This document shows, piece after piece, positions 40,329 through 50,263 of a stretch of DNA of 64,000 nt. The notes below the pieces were generated by a model. That model saw only the letters and a program-made list of their open reading frames with translations. It was not told the origin of the DNA and did not search any database. The first letter of the stretch is position 1. Every line of letters starts with the position of its first letter. The position numbers were made by a program, and so were the translations under genes. This DNA is from Cyanobacteria bacterium P01_A01_bin.123 (GTDB lineage Bacteria > Cyanobacteriota > Cyanobacteriia > Phormidesmidales > Phormidesmidaceae), in assembly GCA_039815185.1 (NCBI GenBank), contig JBCBZT010000001.1:206149-270148 (forward strand), given 5' to 3'.

Positions 40329-42368
40329 ATGAATAGTAAAGCCTTATCGGGCTCACGGAATGTGGCGATTGTGGGTCCGTATTCCAGCGGGAAGACGACG
40401 CTTCTAGAAAGTCTATTGTCGGTATCCGGAGCTATTTCTCGTAAGGGTAGAATCGAAGATGGCAATACCGTTGGAGATGGGTCACCTGAAGCCCGCGATC
40501 GCCAGATGAGTGTTGAAATCAATGCCGCCAGTACTGAGTACGGCGGCATTCGTTTTACGTTTGTAGACTGCCCCGGTTCTGTTGAGCTTTGCCAAGAAGC
40601 CTACAACGCCCTAATTGGTGTAGACGCTGCCGTGGTCATCTGCGAACCTGACCCTAGTCGGGTGCTGACTCTGTCGCCACTATTCCAGTTTTTGGACACT
40701 TGGGAAATTCCCCACCTGATATTCCTCAACCGCATGGATCGGGCCACAGCTCCCTTCGCTGAGGTCTTAGCGGCACTAAGAACTGTTTCGAGACGTCCGG
40801 TCATTCCCCACCAGTACCCCATTCGTCAAGGGCCAGAACTCGTGGGCTTTATCGATTTGGTTACTGAGCAAGCCTTTCACTATCACCCTGGTGCACCAGC
40901 AGATCCCGTGCCGCTACCCGATGCATTGCAGGCCCAAGAAAAAGCTGCCCGCACCGAAATGCTCGAAACCCTAGCTGACTTTGATGACCATCTGCTCGAA
41001 GAACTGCTTGAAGAAATCGAACCCCCTGAAACAGAAATTTTGCAAGACTTAAAGATGGAACTGGGTGCAGACCTAATTGTGCCTTTGTTCATGGGCATCT
41101 CCACCCGAGACTATGGCGTCCGCCCTCTACTAGATGCCTTGGTACGCGAAGCGCCAGAACCCGAAATTACTGCTGAACGCCGGGGGCTAGATCTGGCAAA
41201 CGAGACAGCCGAAACGCTGGCCCAGGTGCTCAAAACTTATTACACTCCCCAGGGCGGCAAGTTGTCGTTAGTCCGCATCTGGCAAGGGTCTTTACAAGAT
41301 GGCGACTGTCTCAATGGCGATCGCATGGGTGGGCTCTATCACCTCACTGGGCAACAGCAAACCAGCCTATCTCGGGCTGAGGCAGGGGCAATTGTCGCGA
41401 TCGCGCGGCTTGAAGGTGCCCATACCGGTGTCACGCTCAGCACAGCTACCCCATCGGTGGAACTGCCCCAAGCAGCACGATTAGATCCTGTATATGCGTT
41501 AGCCATTGCCCCTGAAAAGCGCAGCGATGAAGTCAAACTCAGCAGTGCCTTAACTAAACTGCTAGAAGAAGATCCATCCCTCTTGTGGGAACAACACGGT
41601 GACACCCACGAAGTGATCTTGTGGGGCCAAGGGGATGTGCACCTCAACATTGCTATGGATCGACTGCGACGCAAATACAACCTGCCCATGGGCACCCACC
41701 TACCCCGTGTACCCTATAAAGAAACGATTCGCAAAGCCCGAGAAAATATCCACGGTCGCTACAAACATCAAAGTGGTGGCCACGGTCAATTTGGTGATGT
41801 GTATCTCAACATCACCCCAGTGAATCGCGGCGGTGGCTTTAGCTTTAGCAACACTATTGTCGGTGGTGTGGTGCCTAAGCAGTACATTCCTGGGGTTGAA
41901 ACGGGCGTCCGCGAATATCTCACCCATGGGCCATTGGGCTTCCCGGTGGTGGATGTGTCAGTCACGTTGACCAACGGCTCTTACCATTCAGTGGACAGTT
42001 CGGAGCAGGCTTTTAAGCAAGCTGCCCGGATGGCTATGCAAACGGGTATGAAAGCCTGTGAACCTACCCTGCTTGAACCGGTAGCTTTAGTCGATATCTC
42101 CGTGCCCAATAGCTTCACCTCGAATGTCTTGAAGCTCGTCAGTGGCCGTCGCGGTCAGATCTTGGGCTACAGCGTCAAGGAGCATTGGGCTGGGTGGGAT
42201 CAGGTATCCGCCTATTTACCTGAGGCTGAAATGCAAACGCTGATCTTAGAGCTGCGATCGCTAACGATGGGTGTTGGTTTCTTCAATTGGAAGCCGGATC
42301 ACTTGCAGCCTGTCCCTGACAAGTTGCAAGCACGCATCCTAGCGACTGTTGGCGAAGCTGAAGGCTAG
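40329..42368 (+). CDS. Elongation factor G paralog (EF-G2-like)
   Basis: GPYSSGKTT, DCPGS, NRMD; domains III-V motifs KHQSGGHGQFG, GSYHSVDSSE, LLEP. AAGGA RBS before ATG 40329 (ORF track 40260). Confidence 0.88.
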   Translation: MNSKALSGSRNVAIVGPYSSGKTTLLESLLSVSGAISRKGRIEDGNTVGDGSPEARDRQMSVEINAASTEYGGIRFTFVDCPGSVELCQEAYNALIGVDAAVVICEPDPSRVLTLSPLFQFLDTWEIPHLIFLNRMDRATAPFAEVLAALRTVSRRPVIPHQYPIRQGPELVGFIDLVTEQAFHYHPGAPADPVPLPDALQAQEKAARTEMLETLADFDDHLLEELLEEIEPPETEILQDLKMELGADLIVPLFMGISTRDYGVRPLLDALVREAPEPEITAERRGLDLANETAETLAQVLKTYYTPQGGKLSLVRIWQGSLQDGDCLNGDRMGGLYHLTGQQQTSLSRAEAGAIVAIARLEGAHTGVTLSTATPSVELPQAARLDPVYALAIAPEKRSDEVKLSSALTKLLEEDPSLLWEQHGDTHEVILWGQGDVHLNIAMDRLRRKYNLPMGTHLPRVPYKETIRKARENIHGRYKHQSGGHGQFGDVYLNITPVNRGGGFSFSNTIVGGVVPKQYIPGVETGVREYLTHGPLGFPVVDVSVTLTNGSYHSVDSSEQAFKQAARMAMQTGMKACEPTLLEPVALVDISVPNSFTSNVLKLVSGRRGQILGYSVKEHWAGWDQVSAYLPEAEMQTLILELRSLTMGVGFFNWKPDHLQPVPDKLQARILATVGEAEG

Positions 42369-42391
42369 ATATTGCCTGTGAAGACGGGGAT

Positions 42392-42430
42392 GTTCCCCTG
42401 GTTGGTCTTTGCAGACATAACTAGGGGAAC
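42392..42430. terminator. Hairpin after the EF-G paralog
   Basis: GTTCCCCTGGTT...AACTAGGGGAAC; no clear U-tract. Confidence 0.4.
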
Positions 42431-42678
42431 CTACAAGTTTTCAGAGTGCTGTCCACAAAGCTCCCAAACAAGTGGTTGAATCTGACGCATGATTTCGCTG
42501 CCATATTTTGCTACCCAACGGCGATTCCTAATAATTGTTGGGCATCAGCATCCATATCTCTAATTTTCTCCAGATGCTTTTTTAGCTGTCTCGAATGAGC
42601 TAATCAATGCTGCTTTGGTAACAGGTTCGGCGATACTCACTGAAGCAATGTGGCCAAAGCCATAACTCAGTTGACTAG

Positions 42679-43068
42679 CTAATTTATTTCTCCTTCAGGA
42701 CTGGGGGGTGGGGGGGGACAGCCTTCAGGATCTTCGGCTTCTCCCTCAGGCCGGGGGGGCGGGGGCGGGCATCCTTCGGCATTATCCATCTCTCCTTCAG
42801 GCCGGGGTGGCGGCGGTGGACAGCCTTCAGAATCAACTGCTTCTCCCTCAGGCCGGGGTGGCGGTGGTGGACATCCCTCGGCATCAATCGCTACACCTTG
42901 AGGTTGGTGTGGTCTTTTGTTAGAGGCTAGACCTTTAAGCCCTTCACTGGGTTGAGCAAGGAATACAGACTGAGGGCTAGCAGTTGCGTTTTGTTTAGAA
43001 AACTCGGCACCTAAGAGTCCAACAGCAACAACTGTTGTTGCAAATAACAAACTTCGTTGAATTGACAT
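42679..43068 (-). CDS. Secreted small protein with four Cys/Pro-rich 17-aa repeats
   Basis: Signal-peptide-like N-terminus; EGCPPPPP(R/S)PEGE x4; GGAG RBS upstream. Confidence 0.75.
   Translation of the reverse strand: MSIQRSLLFATTVVAVGLLGAEFSKQNATASPQSVFLAQPSEGLKGLASNKRPHQPQGVAIDAEGCPPPPPRPEGEAVDSEGCPPPPPRPEGEMDNAEGCPPPPPRPEGEAEDPEGCPPPPPSPEGEIN
42682..42879. repeat. 51-bp coding tandem repeat, about 4 units
   Basis: Units differ mostly at synonymous positions of the EGCPPPPPRPEGE frame. Confidence 0.85.
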
Positions 43069-43187
43069 GACTTCAGCTCCTTAGATTAAGGCATTACGTT
43101 AGTGATGGACGAATCCTTGTTTGCGAATTATTTGTTTGAGCTGTTCTTACTATCGCGAAAATTTGCAGCAGAAAAAATCCTGAGAAG

Positions 43188-43225
43188 TTCAGGTTTGTTC
43201 AGGTTTAAATTCAGATTTATTCAGG
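43188..43225. promoter_or_regulatory. Four TTCAG direct repeats at 10-12 bp period (candidate regulator site)
   Basis: TTCAG at 43188, 43198, 43210 and 43220, in the divergent intergenic region. Confidence 0.45.
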
Positions 43226-43354
43226 AAGTCTCAAGCCTAGAGCGTTAGTTCAAATTCTTGCGATCGCCGACACACCACATCCATCCCATTAGAAACTAAC
43301 GACCCAACTGAATCGTCCTAAGCATAGATTGGGTTGCATTGGGAGGAGATTAAA

Positions 43355-43879
43355 ATGCCACCTTCAAGACTGTTAGTCACTATCATTATCCCCATTGTTG
43401 TCGGCATAGCCGGATGCCCATCAAGCACTGCCAAAACGCCGGCTTCACCGACAATGCTGATCGAAGCAACAACTTACCGTGGCGTGCTCTTCAGCGCCAC
43501 CGAAGCAGAACGGCAACGCCTTGACGCGCCGATGACCGCTGATACTCTCGAATTCTGGTCGCCTTCAGCCGAAGACGTTGCCCGTATGGAAGCACAGATT
43601 CTACCCGCCCTACTGACTGACGAGCGGTTAAGCGACGGGGTTGGCTGGAACCCGGTGCAGTCCTTAGAGGCAGCCCTGCCTGACTATACTCGTCAGTATT
43701 TCGGCTATTTCACCGCCGATGGCGAAGCAGTCATCTATACCAGCTTTTTCTGTGATGTTCCGATTGAGGAACTCACAATGGGGGTTGCCATTGACGATGG
43801 GGGGGACTGTTTCTTTCAGATTCACTACAATACCGACACAGACGAATACTTCGATCTGCACGTCAACGGTGAGGCCTGA
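43355..43879 (+). CDS. Hypothetical lipoprotein
   Basis: Lipobox IAG-C after a hydrophobic stretch; YTRQYFG, FFC, DGGDCFF, VNGEA. GGAGGAG RBS precedes ATG 43355. Confidence 0.75.
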   Translation: MPPSRLLVTIIIPIVVGIAGCPSSTAKTPASPTMLIEATTYRGVLFSATEAERQRLDAPMTADTLEFWSPSAEDVARMEAQILPALLTDERLSDGVGWNPVQSLEAALPDYTRQYFGYFTADGEAVIYTSFFCDVPIEELTMGVAIDDGGDCFFQIHYNTDTDEYFDLHVNGEA

Positions 43880-43899
43880 ACCTTTATCGTCAAGACTTT

Positions 43900-45147
43900 T
43901 TAGACCGCAACCCAGGTGATGTTATTGGGTTGGTGGGGTGAGTTCATCAGGCTTTGCAACGCCTCAGTTATGCGAGGCATGGCGTTTAGATCGAGCTGAT
44001 AGTCAGCGGAACTGGTCACCGATGGCTGATTGGGTGCGCCGCTCTGTAGGTGCGCCGCCCGCAGCTCTTGCCGTAATGCTGCCGCTAGCCGCTGGGGGGT
44101 TAACTCGTTAGGGTGGATGGTCGCAAACAACCCCAGCTCAGCCATACGCCGGGCCCGTATCCATTGCTCTTGGACTGGTTCAGTGCGGGGTACAACCACG
44201 GCACGTTTTTGCAAAGTTACAATTTCACCCACCGTGTTGTAGCCACCCATCGATACCACTGCATCTGCAGCAGCCATATAGCTGGCTAGGTCATCCGTAA
44301 ATTCTAGCCAGTGCAGGTTGGGGGTTTGGTTAATGCGCTCTAACAGACTGCGCTTCTGGGGGGCGGGCATTTCAGGGCCACCGACAATCAAGCTGACCGT
44401 AGGCTGTTCCGCAGCCAGGGTAGCTTGGGCTTCAAGGTAGGTGTCTGCCAAACGGAAACCATCGCCGCCCCCACCTGGCGTCACCAAGATCAAGCGATCC
44501 TGCTGGGTTAATCCTAGCGATCGCCGGACTTCAGAGGGATCCCGTAGACCATTACTCCGCCGGATGTAACCCATAAAGCGCGTCTTCGCCGACAAGCCGA
44601 CCGGGAAGCAATATTCTCGAGGAGTATCAAAGATATCAGGGGTGCCCACAATCCACACTTGGTCATACAGAGATTCAGTTAGCGCGTAATAGTTTTCCTG
44701 TTGCCATTGGGCAATGGTGACCGTAGGGGTATCGAGAATATCCCGTAGCAGCAGCACCAAACGAGTCTTTGGGGAATGAGCTTTGAGGTAGTCCACCGTG
44801 GGCTGGAGTTCACCCCACAAACCGTTGGGTTTCTTATCCACCAGTAGCAGATCGGGCTGAAAGTGGACAGCGGCAGTCTGGATGAGTTTCTCTCTGAGTT
44901 TGAGCGCTTCTTGCAGCTCAGTCCTGAGGAACCTAACCCCCATCTTGCCCGCTTCATCGCGGCTCAGGCAGGGCAGTTTAATGTAGTCCAACCCTTCTGG
45001 TAGCCGCAGTTGATGGAGGACAGGTGAACCAGAGATGACCAGAACAGATAGATCGGGAATTGCTTTGAGTAGGTAATCGCAGATAGCGACCATGCGACGG
45101 ATATTGCCTAACCCAAACGCATCGTGGGAATAGACCATTAATTTCAT
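43900..45147 (-). CDS. Predicted GT-B glycosyltransferase (GT28 C-terminal-like)
   Basis: YSHDAFGLGNIRR, VTPGGGGDG, VSMGGYNTV.E, VVPR..P..EQ.IRA. Confidence 0.85.
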   Translation of the reverse strand: MKLMVYSHDAFGLGNIRRMVAICDYLLKAIPDLSVLVISGSPVLHQLRLPEGLDYIKLPCLSRDEAGKMGVRFLRTELQEALKLREKLIQTAAVHFQPDLLLVDKKPNGLWGELQPTVDYLKAHSPKTRLVLLLRDILDTPTVTIAQWQQENYYALTESLYDQVWIVGTPDIFDTPREYCFPVGLSAKTRFMGYIRRSNGLRDPSEVRRSLGLTQQDRLILVTPGGGGDGFRLADTYLEAQATLAAEQPTVSLIVGGPEMPAPQKRSLLERINQTPNLHWLEFTDDLASYMAAADAVVSMGGYNTVGEIVTLQKRAVVVPRTEPVQEQWIRARRMAELGLFATIHPNELTPQRLAAALRQELRAAHLQSGAPNQPSVTSSADYQLDLNAMPRITEALQSLMNSPHQPNNITWVAV

Positions 45148-45390
45148 GAGAATGTGCCGATGAGGATTGAATAAGCGAGGGAAAGCAGAGAAGTGGAGGA
45201 ACGAGGGAGAACCACGGAGAGACAGAAAATTCTGTTTCCTTAGGGTGTGTCATCAATTAAACGCGAAAAGCTTTATGGCTGAGCCTTGCCGCGTCCGACC
45301 CAACTAAACGAACTAAGGGCTGTAACCGTTGTTCTAAAAGCAATGAACAATCTAATTAATCACAGCCTTTAGTGGCTCAACTCTGGGCGA

Positions 45391-45660
45391 TTAAATTTGA
45401 TTTGAGTAGTTGAAATCGTGAAATTCAGGTCAGTCAGTAACAGCTACGAGGACATCACTATCAGCTGCAAGTTGTTTTGGAGTCTGACACAGCTTGACCG
45501 CATCAGGAATACTAGGGTGGCCGTTATTGATATCAATCGGATCGTAGGCTTTGACCTTAGTCGCATTGTTATCAACGCAGATGACATTGTGGCCAATATG
45601 GGCCAGGGATGCACCTGTGACTAGGCCGACATATCCGGTTCCAATCACGCAAATACGCAT
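45391..45660 (-). pseudogene. ugd: UDP-glucose 6-dehydrogenase remnant with large internal deletion and nonsense codon
   Basis: N-terminal ICVIGTGYVGLVTG..LA.IGH.V.CVD is joined directly to C-terminal KAYDP...DVLVAVTD*PEF; the stop replaces W of VTDWPEF. Confidence 0.8.
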
Positions 45661-45897
45661 GGTTACGTTTCTCTAAGTGGGAGCTGACTTGTCCCTACTT
45701 TCCCTTGCCTGCGTAAGAACACAGTGAAGCATTGATGAGAACCAATTCATGAGATTTAATTCATGCTTGATCGGCAGTCTTCTTTTAACGTTTAACCTAG
45801 AGGGCATTAGAACCTTTAAACTCAAACTTACGTCAACAAAACCGCAGTGAGTTCGTCATTTCTTTACAGAACTGTACAGCAGATATAAAGGCGACCT

Positions 45898-47385
45898 GTG
45901 AAAAGTACTCTCCCTTCCCCAACCATCCCACCGATTGCTGCGAGTTCGTCACTAAGGCAACGGTGGCGTCATCTGTTTGGTTCCACCCGTACCCGTATCT
46001 TGCTGCTCTATGCCTTGACAATGCTGGGGGTGGTTGCAATGGCAGTGCCGATCTTTCGCATCCTGCTATTTGCCCAAGTAGATGAGCGGGTCCGCGCCGA
46101 CCTACGAGAGGAACTTGAGGAATTTCAATCTACCTATGAAGTCTGGGATGCTCAGAACCCCGACACTGAGGATGCGTTGAGCACCTTCATAGATGATTTT
46201 TTGGCTGAAGAAGTCCCTGAGGACGACAACTTTAACATCATCATTCTCGATGGAGAGTTTTACCGGGCCAAACCCATGCCACTACCCGAAGCCATTGGCG
46301 TTGACTCCCAACTGATGGCGCAATGGACTGATTTGGAAGAACCTGTTAGAGCTATCGTATCGGTAGATAATCCAAATATAGGCAGCATCATATATAAAAC
46401 ATACATCCTTGAAATTAACAACGAACCTGAGGGCGTCTTTGTAACGGCCCATCTCTCCGCTGGGGAACGATCGGAGGCTCTGGCAGGCGTTTATGTTTTC
46501 GTCCGAGTGGCGATTGTCGTTGTTTTAGCAGCTTTCTTGCTGGCTTGGGTTGCCAGCAATCAAATCCTCAAACCCGTCCAGCAGTTGGCGACAACTGCAA
46601 AAAGTATCAATGAAAATAACCTATCCCAACGCTTAATAGTGGATGGAACAGGGGAGCTGGCAGAACTGGCGGAGACGTTTAATACGATGATGAACCGAGT
46701 GCAAAGCGCCTTTGATAGCCAGCGCAACTTTATCAACGATGCCAGCCACGAGTTACGCACCCCGCTAACCATTATTCAAGGACACCTAGAGTTGATGGGT
46801 GAAGATCCTGAAGAGCAGCAGGAAACCCTAACCATCGTGATGGACGAAATTGATCGCATGGGGCGGTTTGTCAACGATCTGATTTTGTTGGCTAAGGCTG
46901 AGCGCACTGACTTTTTGCAACTCGAAACCCTTGATATTCCCACATTGACGGAAGAGATATTCCACAAGGCAGCAGTGCTGGCTGAACGTAACTGGACGCT
47001 TAAAAACTTGGAAAGCGGCACTTTTATCGGCGATCGCCAGCGGGTGACAGGGGCACTGATTAATCTCGCTAATAATGCCGTCCAGCATACTCAAGCAGAG
47101 GCTACGATTGAACTAGGAGTCGCCGTTTCAGAAAAAACTGTGTGCTTTTGGGTGCGCGATACTGGCGAGGGCATTAGTCTGGCCGATCAGCACCGAATTT
47201 TTGATCGCTTTGCCCGGGCTGCTAATAGTTATCGCCGTTCTGATGGGGCAGGGCTGGGTTTAGCGATTGTCAAGGCGATTGTTGATGCTCACGGCGGACG
47301 CATTGAGCTGACGAGCAAGGTGGGACTCGGATCAACATTTACCCTATGCTTTCCGCTTGATCCGTCTCGGGAGGGTCGCCGATGA
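45898..47385 (+). CDS. Membrane sensor histidine kinase (HAMP)
   Basis: Two TMs, HAMP, DASHELRTPL, NLANNAVQHT, DTGEGI, GAGLGL. Confidence 0.92.
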   Translation: MKSTLPSPTIPPIAASSSLRQRWRHLFGSTRTRILLLYALTMLGVVAMAVPIFRILLFAQVDERVRADLREELEEFQSTYEVWDAQNPDTEDALSTFIDDFLAEEVPEDDNFNIIILDGEFYRAKPMPLPEAIGVDSQLMAQWTDLEEPVRAIVSVDNPNIGSIIYKTYILEINNEPEGVFVTAHLSAGERSEALAGVYVFVRVAIVVVLAAFLLAWVASNQILKPVQQLATTAKSINENNLSQRLIVDGTGELAELAETFNTMMNRVQSAFDSQRNFINDASHELRTPLTIIQGHLELMGEDPEEQQETLTIVMDEIDRMGRFVNDLILLAKAERTDFLQLETLDIPTLTEEIFHKAAVLAERNWTLKNLESGTFIGDRQRVTGALINLANNAVQHTQAEATIELGVAVSEKTVCFWVRDTGEGISLADQHRIFDRFARAANSYRRSDGAGLGLAIVKAIVDAHGGRIELTSKVGLGSTFTLCFPLDPSREGRR

Positions 47386-48053
47386 CTCACATCCTGATTG
47401 TTGAAGACGAACTCCGAATCATCGCGTTTTTGGAAAAAGGATTGCAGGCGAACGGATTCATTACCACTAAAGCAACCCACAGCCAAGAGGCAATTGCAGT
47501 TGCCCTAGATGGCAGCATTGATTTAATGGTTTTAGATTTAGGTATTCCGGGCCAGGATGGGCTGGAACTACTTGAAGATTTGCGAGGGCAAGGATTTTTA
47601 GCCCCAGTGATTATTCTCACCGCTCGTGATGACATTCAAGACAAAGTCGCGGGGTTTGAAGTCGGTGCCGACGACTACATGACCAAGCCTTTTCGATTTG
47701 AAGAACTATTGGCCCGGATTCGAGCTCGCCTGAGAACCCCAACCACCGCTCACAACGGTCAATCAGATTCCATATTGCAGATTCGTGATGTCGAACTCAA
47801 TTTGCTGACCCGACAACTGAAAGTTAATGGAGAACTCATTGATTTATCAGCCCGAGAGTTTATTCTCGCAGAAACTTTTATGCGCCACCCTAATCAGGTC
47901 ATGAGTCGGGAGCAGCTCTTGGATATGGTGTGGGGTTATGACTATTCTCCAGGTTCTAATGTGGTGGATGTCTATGTCGGCTATCTCCGAAAAAAACTAG
48001 GCAGCGACTTAATTGAAACCGTCCGAGGCATGGGCTATCGCCTGCGTTCATAA
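47382..48053 (+). CDS. OmpR family response regulator
   Basis: REC plus wHTH (SNVVDVYVGYLRKKL, ETVRGMGY); 4-bp overlap with the kinase gene. Confidence 0.94.
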   Translation: MTHILIVEDELRIIAFLEKGLQANGFITTKATHSQEAIAVALDGSIDLMVLDLGIPGQDGLELLEDLRGQGFLAPVIILTARDDIQDKVAGFEVGADDYMTKPFRFEELLARIRARLRTPTTAHNGQSDSILQIRDVELNLLTRQLKVNGELIDLSAREFILAETFMRHPNQVMSREQLLDMVWGYDYSPGSNVVDVYVGYLRKKLGSDLIETVRGMGYRLRS

Positions 48054-48310
48054 GAAGATTCTCATCTTACCCTTAACTGCATCTTAGGTTCAGTTGCTTG
48101 TATGGATTAGACCTGTTGGTCAGAAAAAATGAGCCTACAGCCTAGGGTTAATGTTGTGTTCTTGTTCTATGACTTGAGGCATTTAGCATCGCTGAGTCGT
48201 TTTGCTAGACCAGCATTGTGGCAGTTGATATAGTCTGCTGATCATGCCCTAGAGGGTCTGGTTGACCCTTTGCGCTGCTGTGCTGGCAGCGTCCTAGGAG
48301 GCAGAAAAGC

Positions 48311-48685
48311 ATGTACCGAATTTTGATTGTGGAAGATGAGCCCCGCATTGTGGCATTTATCCAAAAAGGCTTGCAGCGTGCCGGGTTCACAACAGAGGTG
48401 ACCTACGATGGCGAAACAGCTTTGGCCGTGGTTCAAACCCAATCCTTCGATTTAATGCTGCTCGATTTAGGGCTACCCCTAAAGGACGGCCAGACTTTGC
48501 TGGAGGAAATGCGATCGCAGGGAATTACCTTACCTGTGATTATCTTGACTGCTCGATCGATGGATGATTCAGGCATGAGCCCTATCTTAGCTTCAGCACG
48601 CCGGTTCATCCGAAAACCGTTTCGGATGGGTGAACTGGTTCAAGCTATGCAACAAGTTTTACAACCTGATCACGGTAATCGATAA
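48311..48685 (+). CDS. Single-domain response regulator resembling the upstream OmpR REC domain
   Basis: ILIVEDEPRIVAFIQKGL, LLDLGLP, VIILTAR, KPF. Confidence 0.88.
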   Translation: MYRILIVEDEPRIVAFIQKGLQRAGFTTEVTYDGETALAVVQTQSFDLMLLDLGLPLKDGQTLLEEMRSQGITLPVIILTARSMDDSGMSPILASARRFIRKPFRMGELVQAMQQVLQPDHGNR

Positions 48686-48849
48686 GGAATACTTGGAAGT
48701 AAAGGATACTTAGAAGTATCTGTTTGTACGAATGCAATTGGCTGATTATGAAAAAGTGACAGCATGCTCCCAAACCTGACCAGGATATGTCTCAGGTGTC
48801 AGCTCCCATGGTGTTGTTCAATCACTTTGCCAATGCTCGGGTATGGCAA

Positions 48850-48939
48850 TCACTCAGGGATGCTAGGCATGTGGGTTAACTCTAGCTTCAAACCATCCGG
48901 GTCGGTGAAAAACACAGCGTAGTAACCAGGAGCATAGTT
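48850..48939 (-). pseudogene. VOC/glyoxalase family C-terminal fragment
   Basis: Minus strand reads NYAPGYYAVFFTDPDGLKLELTHMPSIPE*; no N-terminal half visible. Confidence 0.7.
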
Positions 48940-49291
48940 TTTCACAAGATGGGTGTGAGAGCCAGTGAACTGATACTCGCTCTAGAAAACTGGGTCAAGG
49001 AAGCCGCAGATCAACCGCTAATCCACACGTACGGGGCAAATAGATCAGTGTCTTGATACAAAAAACACACCCCTTACGCACAACTTTCACACAAAACACC
49101 ACAGCCTTATCTCATGTATCGGTGCACAATGATGTTCAGTAAACATGCTGAATACAAGAGCTAGGTTGCTGAAAGATAAATAAGTATCGCTGAGCGCACA
49201 GACCGCTTTCGAGTGGAGCGCGATTAGGATACCCAACCACTTTCATGCCCTACGCCCTTGGGGTTAGCGACACACACTAGGCGGGATACCG

Positions 49292-49501
49292 ATGATTCTG
49301 AACGGCACTTTGATCTTTTATACCTCCGTCACGATGGCTCTATCGATCTATCTCTTGACGCTCTTCTTAAGAGATCAAACCACACCCAAAACACACGTTA
49401 TGAGTTGGGTTGTTTGTATTTTGGCCTCACTTTTTTGGCCGTTAACGTTGCCCTCAGTTCTTCGCGTGAAGGGGTATGAGCTGAAGCCGGGAAAGGTATA
49501 G
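49292..49501 (+). CDS. Small two-TM protein, paralog 1 (premature stop relative to paralog 2)
   Basis: FLRDQTTPKTHVMSWVV..LASLFWPLTLPSV; homology to paralog 2 continues in frame past the TAG. Confidence 0.7.
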   Translation: MILNGTLIFYTSVTMALSIYLLTLFLRDQTTPKTHVMSWVVCILASLFWPLTLPSVLRVKGYELKPGKV

Positions 49502-49774
49502 CGGATCAAAAGTTTAACTGACATGCTTTTGATGACTTAAATCACGTCCAGCATTGGAGTTTCCTTACAAGCAAGGCTCCAGTTCTGGATGTAGAGGAGA
49601 TTTTTTCTAATCTAAATCTTTCAGACATTGCGCGGGATAAGTGGGCTAAGCCGCTAGAAAGCAGATGAATTCTTTGAGAAGGCGTGGTAGCTTTAAGGCG
49701 ATGCACAGTAGGGTGCATCGCTTGGTTTCACGCCTGTGCTTTTTGGTTCGCCCCACACACTAGACAGAATGCTG

Positions 49775-50050
49775 ATGATTCTGAACGGCCCTTTGGTTTT
49801 TTACGCCTCTGTGACGACGGCTCTATTCATCTATCTCTTAAACCTTTTTCTTAGGGATAAGACTACGCCCAACACGCATGTTATGAGTTGGGTTGTTTTG
49901 GTTTTGGCCTCGCTTGTTTGGCCATTAACGCTGCCTTCAGTCCTTTTGGTTAGGGGAATGCGTGTATTTAAGCCGAGAAAGGCAAGTAGCCCCAAGGACT
50001 TGACTGATGCGCTTTTGATGCCTTGTGGGATATGGGGCATTCTCCATTAG
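49775..50050 (+). CDS. Small two-TM protein, paralog 2
   Basis: FLRDKTTPNTHVMSWVV..LASLVWPLTLPSV. Start set by alignment to paralog 1 (ORF track 49736). Confidence 0.7.
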   Translation: MILNGPLVFYASVTTALFIYLLNLFLRDKTTPNTHVMSWVVLVLASLVWPLTLPSVLLVRGMRVFKPRKASSPKDLTDALLMPCGIWGILH

Positions 50051-50263
50051 GCTAAACCAATTTGACAATTTTCATGGGGGGCGTAAGGTCTTATGCCCAG
50101 ACAATGGAGTGCTATAGATTTGGATGTGAAGTAGCTCAAATACGCGATCGCCACGAATTATGCAAAACTAGCTATTTTCCTTAATCTAACCTAGAGCTGA
50201 TGTACAGATTGACTAAATTTGTTTACCTTAATCGAGGTACTTCAATGTCAATCGGAGAAGAAT

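Noticed and set aside
42430..42670. Possible decayed gene on the minus strand
   Set aside because: Short interrupted frames with no family I can recognise; needs BLASTX.
42682..42879. Regularly spaced repeats as a CRISPR array
   Set aside because: 51-bp tandem units with synonymous variation in a coding frame; no unique spacers and no cas genes.
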